A stretch of DNA of 61,574 nt, taken from NCBI GenBank assembly GCA_020854115.1, contig JADZGC010000017.1:1-61574 (forward strand), written 5' to 3'. This stretch comes from a bacterium. Its GTDB lineage: Bacteria > Patescibacteriota > Saccharimonadia > CAILAD01 > GCA-016700035. A program made the position numbers and the translations under genes. Shown in pieces: positions 56,916 to 61,574 of this stretch (position 1 is the stretch's first letter; every line of letters begins with the position of its first letter). The notes under the pieces were generated by a model that did not search any database, was not told the DNA's origin, and saw only the letters and a list, made by a program, of their open reading frames with translations.

Positions 56916-57274
56916 AGTACAACTCCCAAGAATAGGAGCAGCACTGGCGAGAGCGGAATAAATGGCCACGCCACCGCAGTGAATAACCCCGCCAGAACCA
57001 CAAAGGCGCTCAGCATAGCGTACATCAGCAGAAATATAGATCGTACGCTGAAACCGACAAGTCGTGCAACCGAATTCATAACTAGCGCACTCATCATCTG
57101 ATCTAGTCCTTGCGCACCGGTGACTCGATCCTCCTTCCAAGGAGCAAACAAGGTGCGTACCATCTGACGAACGGAAAAGACATTATACAGACGCTTCAGC
57201 CAAATCTTCGCGACTTCTAAGACATGTAGCCATGCCCAACTGTACCACCAAGAGATGGCATCAAATAATACCAT
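56912..57274 (-). CDS. Small Trp-rich membrane protein (120 aa) translationally coupled to the Clp-like ATPase
   Basis: ATG ORF. MVLFDAISWWYSWAWLHVL...LFAPWKEDR, then two TM helices. Its stop overlaps the downstream GTG. Confidence 0.55.
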   Translation of the reverse strand: MVLFDAISWWYSWAWLHVLEVAKIWLKRLYNVFSVRQMVRTLFAPWKEDRVTGAQGLDQMMSALVMNSVARLVGFSVRSIFLLMYAMLSAFVVLAGLFTAVAWPFIPLSPVLLLFLGVVL

Positions 57275-57313
57275 GTCTCCATGGTAACAAACTCCTTATG
57301 GTTTCAGCAAAAA

Positions 57314-58996
57314 CTACAATTCGATTGTTTGTCCGCCGACAGCTTTCGCGAAGTAGCTATCATGGGAAATATACAGTATAGCACCAGTGTATTTCTTGAG
57401 TGCACTCTCGAGCTCTTCGATAGATGGGAGGTCGAGATGGTTTGTCGGTTCGTCAAGGATGAGTAAGTTTGGCCGATGCGCCAGCATGGCGATAAGCTGC
57501 ACCCGGGCTTTTTGCCCTCCAGAAAGCTGCCGTACTGGCACTTCACTATCACTGTGCTCGAAGAGATATTCGATCAATGTCTGAGTGATGGCTTCATGAT
57601 TGACAGCCTGGCCAGACGTACGATAAATCTCAGCTATAGCAGCTCCCAGTGTAATGTCGAGATAAGCTGCATCAATTTCCTGCTTGTAGCGACCAATGAC
57701 AAGCTGTGGAGAGCAGTCGATATAGCCATCGAAGATAGTGCTTGCGAATTTCTTGCCTGTAGCCGTGGCGCACAAAACATCGACAAATGTTGTCTTGCCG
57801 GCACCATTGCGCCCAACAATTTGCACCCGTTCACCAGTTCGCACCGAAAAGCTTACATCCTTAAATAGCGGCGCATCATACCCAAGAGCTAATACGTCGA
57901 CCAGTACAAGCTGCTGGGAATGACTCGCAACGTCAAGGTCTTTGTCTTTAATTCGGATATTCTTTGTCTTATACTTCTGATATTGTGCAGCCTGACTGGT
58001 CTTCAACTCAGCACTCGACGTTTGATCAATCCAAATAGTAGGTTTCACCAGGCTTTCTTCTAAGTGGGCGATTTCTTTTTCGAATCGCCGCACGAGTGGG
58101 ATAAAGGGGTTTGGTGACTGCTTCGAGCGCTGCTTTTTTATCTGCGCGAGCTTGAGTGCTTCACGCCGATTTTCCAACGTCTTCACAGTGACCTCGTATT
58201 GGTGCATGGCAGACACATTTGACGTCGCATTTTGCTTCAGAAAATCTTTATAACTACCCGGATAAGAATGTAATTGTCGATCCTTGAGCTCGACGATGCG
58301 ATCGACTGCTGCCAATACATCTCGATCGTGAGAGATCACCAATACGCCAGACTGCGTGTTTTTGAGCCATTCTACAAAGACTCCCTTTGCCACATAGTCC
58401 ATATGGTTAGTCGGTTCGTCAAGAATTAATAAATCGGCGCCTGAATACTCAACCTGCACTAGCTGCGCAAAACGCTTCTGGCCGCCAGAAAGACGCATAA
58501 ATGGCCCGTCGATTTGTGAGTCTTGAAGCTGGTAGGCTCGTAGTGACGCTCTTACCTGATCAACTATATGATAATAGCCAAACTGGGCGTACCTCTCCAG
58601 GGCATCAGAATATTCAGTGATTTTATCGAGATCCTCCCCCATCAAATTCGGATATTCTTCAATGATCTGAGTTAGCGTACGATATTCTCGCAAGCCATCG
58701 AGTACATAATCGAGCACCGAAACACCAGGCCGAGCAGCTTGTTCTTGGTCGGTCGTAATCATGACGAGTTTCGGCCTGCGCTCCACCATGCCGATATAAT
58801 CACTATCAGCTCCATCCATAATCCGAAGTAGTGTTGTCTTTCCTGTGCCATTACGACCAATTAACCCAACCTTCTCAGATTCCTGCAGCTTGAGTTCGGC
58901 ATTCTTGATTAGCAGCTTCGAGCCGTTTGCCTTTTCTTCGATTTGCGCACTAATAAGCATGCGTCTGAGTGTATCTGAGCTGATACATGCGGTCAA
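57314..58996 (-). CDS. ABC-F family ATPase (two ABC cassettes, no TM domain)
   Basis: GRNGTGKTT / LSGGQKRF / LILDEPTNHMD, then GRNGAGKTT / LSGGQKARV / LILDEPTNHLD. The start is either TTG 58996 (GGAG upstream) or ATG 58960 (MLISAQ). Confidence 0.88.
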   Translation of the reverse strand: MTACISSDTLRRMLISAQIEEKANGSKLLIKNAELKLQESEKVGLIGRNGTGKTTLLRIMDGADSDYIGMVERRPKLVMITTDQEQAARPGVSVLDYVLDGLREYRTLTQIIEEYPNLMGEDLDKITEYSDALERYAQFGYYHIVDQVRASLRAYQLQDSQIDGPFMRLSGGQKRFAQLVQVEYSGADLLILDEPTNHMDYVAKGVFVEWLKNTQSGVLVISHDRDVLAAVDRIVELKDRQLHSYPGSYKDFLKQNATSNVSAMHQYEVTVKTLENRREALKLAQIKKQRSKQSPNPFIPLVRRFEKEIAHLEESLVKPTIWIDQTSSAELKTSQAAQYQKYKTKNIRIKDKDLDVASHSQQLVLVDVLALGYDAPLFKDVSFSVRTGERVQIVGRNGAGKTTFVDVLCATATGKKFASTIFDGYIDCSPQLVIGRYKQEIDAAYLDITLGAAIAEIYRTSGQAVNHEAITQTLIEYLFEHSDSEVPVRQLSGGQKARVQLIAMLAHRPNLLILDEPTNHLDLPSIEELESALKKYTGAILYISHDSYFAKAVGGQTIEL

Positions 58997-59038
58997 TAAA
59001 AAGCTCCAGGTCTACAGAAGAAAACCTGGAGCGAGTAA

Positions 59039-59380
59039 TTAGCTGGCAGCAGTCAACTCGCGGCCGCGCTTAGCGGCAGCCTGAGTCTGCCTTTGTCGGC
59101 TAATGGGGGCTCGGCCTGGCACACCGTGCGGCTGGCCAGCGGCCTTGTAACAGGCTTCGTGGAAGTGATCCACGCGGCTCCACTTGCCCTTGACGTAGAC
59201 ATTGCAGATGACCTGCTTGGCTCGGAACTTGGCCTGGAACTTGATCCGCTGGCCACAGCCCGGACAGTCGGCGTAGAGACCTGCTTCGATGTCGCGCAAC
59301 ACTGCGCGAGATTCGCGAGGGATGCTACCCTGATCTGCGGCGAAATGATCACTGGACGTAGACGGCTTCTTTTTTGCCAT
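59039..59380 (-). CDS. Small basic zinc-finger protein (CX2C...HX2C)
   Basis: ATG with GGGAGAG upstream. CPGCGQRIKFQAKFRAKQVICNVYVKGKWSRVDHFHEAC. The ligand spacing loosely resembles PARP-type zinc fingers (inference). The gene lies in a locally GC-rich patch with overlapping spurious ORFs. Confidence 0.5.
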   Translation of the reverse strand: MAKKKPSTSSDHFAADQGSIPRESRAVLRDIEAGLYADCPGCGQRIKFQAKFRAKQVICNVYVKGKWSRVDHFHEACYKAAGQPHGVPGRAPISRQRQTQAAAKRGRELTAAS

Positions 59381-59411
59381 GAGGTACTCTCCCTTGGGGA
59401 GGCGACTGGGT

Positions 59412-59429
59412 CATTCACTGACGTGAATG
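59412..59429. promoter_or_regulatory. Perfect palindrome CATTCAC-TGAC-GTGAATG just downstream of the promoter -10 (candidate operator)
   Basis: 7-bp arms and a 4-nt spacer, read directly from the sequence. It lies between the TATAAT box (59436-59441) and the Zn-finger gene ATG. Confidence 0.4.
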
Positions 59430-59435
59430 CAGATA

Positions 59436-59463
59436 ATTATACGAGTTTAGGCCGTATTGTCAA
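59436..59463 (-). promoter_or_regulatory. Consensus sigma70-type promoter for the Zn-finger / ABC-F / TM / Clp-like gene string
   Basis: The minus strand reads TTGACA (59458-59463), a 16-nt spacer, then TATAAT (59436-59441). Confidence 0.55.
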
Positions 59464-59472
59464 GCCCTAGAA

Positions 59473-60162
59473 CTATGAGGCGTCGTCACCGTACGAAAGT
59501 TCAGCAAAAAAACGCTCCCCCTTTGGCGTCGTGTCTATAAGTGCTACCAAATCCGCCATACTAGCCATGAAGTCGCCTTCACTGAAGTCAGACTCCATAT
59601 CGCCCCAGAAAACTTTGCCAGCTTCATGATTTTCGATCAAATATCCACTTGGAGCCATGCAATAAAACAAGTGAAAGAAGATCTCGCTCACTGCCTTCTT
59701 GTCCTCGCTGATCGTGATGTAGCCATCCCCCTTGTGCTCTAAATCACCAGTGAGGCCTGTCTTATTGAGCAAGATTCGTTGCGCTGCATCTTTAAGTAAT
59801 TCTCCTTTGTGCAATTTTCCATACGGAAACCCAGCTTGCCCCAGAAGCGGCTGGATCTTACGCTTCAAGAGTAACCATCGCCCTAAGCGATCTCGGCAAG
59901 CCAAGAGGATTACTATGCGCGGCTGTACGCGCGATCGCAGCGTCTGTAGGCTCAGAGTGTCGACATAGCGCTTACCTGTGGACGTGAGTGTATATGTCCC
60001 CCATCCGGTCCGCTGCACATAGCCGAGATCTTTCAGCACCTTAAGGTGATAGGTAAATAAATTACTACCAATATCTGATGGTTTCAGCTCGGCGTATCGT
60101 AGCGCCTCTCCCCCCATCAATTTCCCCAAAATTGACCGCTGTATGTGATGCATATTTTTCAT
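59473..60162 (-). CDS. Winged-helix (ArsR/MarR-like) DNA-binding domain fused to a Nudix-fold domain with degenerate Nudix box
   Basis: The N-terminus IQRSILGKLMGGEALRYAELKP...LFTYHLKVLKDLGYVQR is wHTH-like. The Nudix-box position reads GKLHKGELLKDAAQRILLNKTGL, so G-x5-E-x7-R is kept but the catalytic E-E pair is replaced by N-K. Confidence 0.6.
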   Translation of the reverse strand: MKNMHHIQRSILGKLMGGEALRYAELKPSDIGSNLFTYHLKVLKDLGYVQRTGWGTYTLTSTGKRYVDTLSLQTLRSRVQPRIVILLACRDRLGRWLLLKRKIQPLLGQAGFPYGKLHKGELLKDAAQRILLNKTGLTGDLEHKGDGYITISEDKKAVSEIFFHLFYCMAPSGYLIENHEAGKVFWGDMESDFSEGDFMASMADLVALIDTTPKGERFFAELSYGDDAS

Positions 60163-60285
60163 TATACCGCACCCATGCAGATATCAACACTATTTGACTC
60201 AATATATATTGCTATATCTATTTGTTGATAAGTACTACGATACGAATGTAATGGCACCTTACCACCAAAGAAAGTTGAGACAGAG

Positions 60286-60821
60286 ATGCATACGCCTACT
60301 CGCCTGGCCGCACTTGCAGTCGAGGTACGACAGCTACAAAGCATTGTTGCCGATGCCAATATAGCAATAGCGCAGTTGACGCAAAAGCGCGATGCCACGT
60401 AAAGCAAGCGATGTGCATACATCAGAAACTACTACGATCTTCGACAGAAATACATCCTATCGCTTCTTGCAGAACTCGACAAAGCGTATTGCACTTACTG
60501 CAAACGAATTCAACTTATCAACCGCATGCGTATCATGCAGGAGAGCGGGAATATACTAAAATCCGACTGCAGCTATAGCCAGTGGTATGAGTATTGGGAG
60601 CGTAAAACAGCAGTATACCTTCGATGTGTCCAATCAATGGAATTGCCACCCACGTCCATGAAGGTCGCAAAGTCAGACGAGAGTTACTGGGGTTTGATCG
60701 CGATACTCATAACCAATCACTATCGGGTGACCATGAGATGCAGAACGAGATCGAAAAAGCCCTAAAGCTCGGACTTCCGCGACTCCAGCTCTTCTTAGAC
60801 ACCAGAAAGCCCCTCTTCTAG
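60286..60821 (+). pseudogene. Possible decayed gene (in-frame TAA plus apparent frameshift)
   Basis: ATG 60286 opens MHTPTRLAALAVEVRQLQSIVADANIAIAQLTQKRDAT, then TAA. The same frame stays open through ...CTYCKRIQLINRMRIMQESG... to 60765. A protein-like C-terminal helix (DHEMQNEIEKALKLG) continues in another frame to 60821. Confidence 0.25.
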
Positions 60822-60831
60822 GAGGGGCTTT
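60806..60831. terminator. Strong hairpin terminator after rpsG (bidirectional)
   Basis: AAAGCCCCTC-TTCTAG-GAGGGGCTTT, a perfect 10-bp stem. Confidence 0.75.
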
Positions 60832-60855
60832 CTTATTCCTTTACACTGTTTCGAC

Positions 60856-61332
60856 TTAGTACCGAGCAAAGTGGGCAAATGCCTTGTTTGCTTCGGCCAT
60901 CTGATGCGTATCGGCCTTCTTCTTGATTGCGTCACCTTGGTTGTTATAAGCGTCGAGAAGCTCATTAGCCAGACGCTTATCGAAGCTACGACCTTCTTTG
61001 GCTCGAGCCGCGTCAAGCATCCAGATCATCGCATAATGAACACGTCGATCAGGCTTCACTTCCATTGGTACCTGGTAGTTTGCACCACCGACTCGACGTG
61101 AGCGAACCTGTACGTGTGGGCTGGCATTCTTCACGGCCGTCTCGAGTACTTCGATGGCATCTTTCTTAGCTTTTGTAGCAGCTTCTTCAAGAGCGCCATA
61201 TACAAGGCGTTCTGCGAGCCGTTTCTTGCCATTCTTCATCACTTTATTAATCAAGCGAGCCACCATAACAGAGTTGTACTGGATATCGGGTGGCAGCGTA
61301 CGCTTGAGTGAAGCTGTTTTTTTACGTGGCAT
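60856..61332 (-). CDS. rpsG: 30S ribosomal protein S7
   Basis: MPRKKTASLKRTLPPDIQYNSVMVARLINKVMKNGKK...VRSRRVGGANYQVP. Confidence 0.97.
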   Translation of the reverse strand: MPRKKTASLKRTLPPDIQYNSVMVARLINKVMKNGKKRLAERLVYGALEEAATKAKKDAIEVLETAVKNASPHVQVRSRRVGGANYQVPMEVKPDRRVHYAMIWMLDAARAKEGRSFDKRLANELLDAYNNQGDAIKKKADTHQMAEANKAFAHFARY

Positions 61333-61336
61333 AGAC

Positions 61337-61574
61337 TTATTCTCCCTTGGCCTTTTCTAGCTTAGCACCATATTTCGATCGACCTTGCTTACGGTTACCC
61401 GTACCAGCAGTGTCTAGCGTGCCACGTACAATGTGATATCGCACACCCGGAAGGTCCTTTACGCGACCGCCACGCACAAGTACAACAGAGTGCTCCTGAA
61501 GGTTGTGACCGATACCGGGTATGTAAGCCGTAACTTCCATACCGTTGGTGAGTCGAACACGAGCCACCTTACGA
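61337..61574 (-). CDS. rpsL: 30S ribosomal protein S12 (5' end beyond the window)
   Basis: [48 protein letters not shown]. The N-terminal ~45 residues are missing because the window ends. Confidence 0.95.
   Translation of the reverse strand, partial: RKVARVRLTNGMEVTAYIPGIGHNLQEHSVVLVRGGRVKDLPGVRYHIVRGTLDTAGTGNRKQGRSKYGAKLEKAKGE

Noticed and set aside
56916-57140. N-terminal 75 codons of the 881-aa track ORF (TTG start at 57140) for the Clp-like ATPase
   Set aside because: This stretch overlaps the 120-aa membrane-protein ORF in another frame. It has a Cys/Arg-rich composition that does not look protein-like, and it contains no ATG. A GTG overlapping the upstream TGA (GTGA) gives a cleaner coupled model.
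59053-59470. Overlapping ORFs 59053..59418(-) and 59093..59470(+)
   Set aside because: They lie in the GC-rich patch that also encodes the 113-aa Zn-finger ORF. Only the latter has an ATG with an RBS behind a consensus promoter, so the others are typical high-GC shadow ORFs.
60162-60422. 86-aa ORF 60162..60422(-)
   Set aside because: Cys/Ser-rich composition, no RBS, antisense to the more plausible decayed plus-strand frame, and abutting the regulator's start codon.

Overview
61.6-kb window from a bacterium using the standard genetic code (TGA acts as a stop inside ATGA/GTGA gene junctions). Gene content suggests a small-genome, Gram-positive-type CPR/Patescibacteria lineage, probably Saccharibacteria-like: the spc operon lacks L30, adk and map, and there are sortase-type and giant surface proteins. 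This placement is inference only. Layout: (i) 1-4.1 kb holds the tail of an IS1595-type transposase, a PH-domain membrane protein, hypotheticals and a cupin. (ii) 4.1-8.9 kb holds tRNA-Trp, then a four-gene operon (HTH, m6A methyltransferase, DUF262-HNH nuclease, 3-TM unknown) bracketed by 173-nt near-identical inverted repeats. This is my top candidate for a novel defence/mobile system. (iii) 8.9-26.9 kb is an envelope block: a MacB-type ABC pair co-operonic with a 1919-aa Fn3/discoidin giant protein, a paralogue remnant, a class-II-like NirK with Gln at the axial copper-ligand position, an FAD oxidoreductase, a beta-helix adhesin with an LSDTG sorting signal, and a CotH/LTD protein. (iv) 27-33.5 kb holds an orphan histidine kinase, tRNA-Thr/Tyr/Thr, a TPR protein, a short holB-like gene, rluD and an RCK channel-like protein. 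(v) 33.5-61.6 kb (minus strand) is the translation superoperon rpsL-rpsG / fusA / tuf-rpsJ / rplC...rpsI, split at three junctions by non-canonical inserts. The first is 7.3 kb between rpsG and fusA (membrane-anchored Clp/Hsp100-like ATPase with a coupled TM protein, ABC-F, Zn-finger protein, wHTH plus degenerate-Nudix regulator, two small unknowns). The second is 1.4 kb between fusA and tuf (Zn-ribbon plus two TM proteins, tightly coupled). The third is 0.7 kb between rpsJ and rplC (an opposite-strand promoter-to-terminator unit, candidate structured RNA). No rRNA, CRISPR array or prophage was seen.
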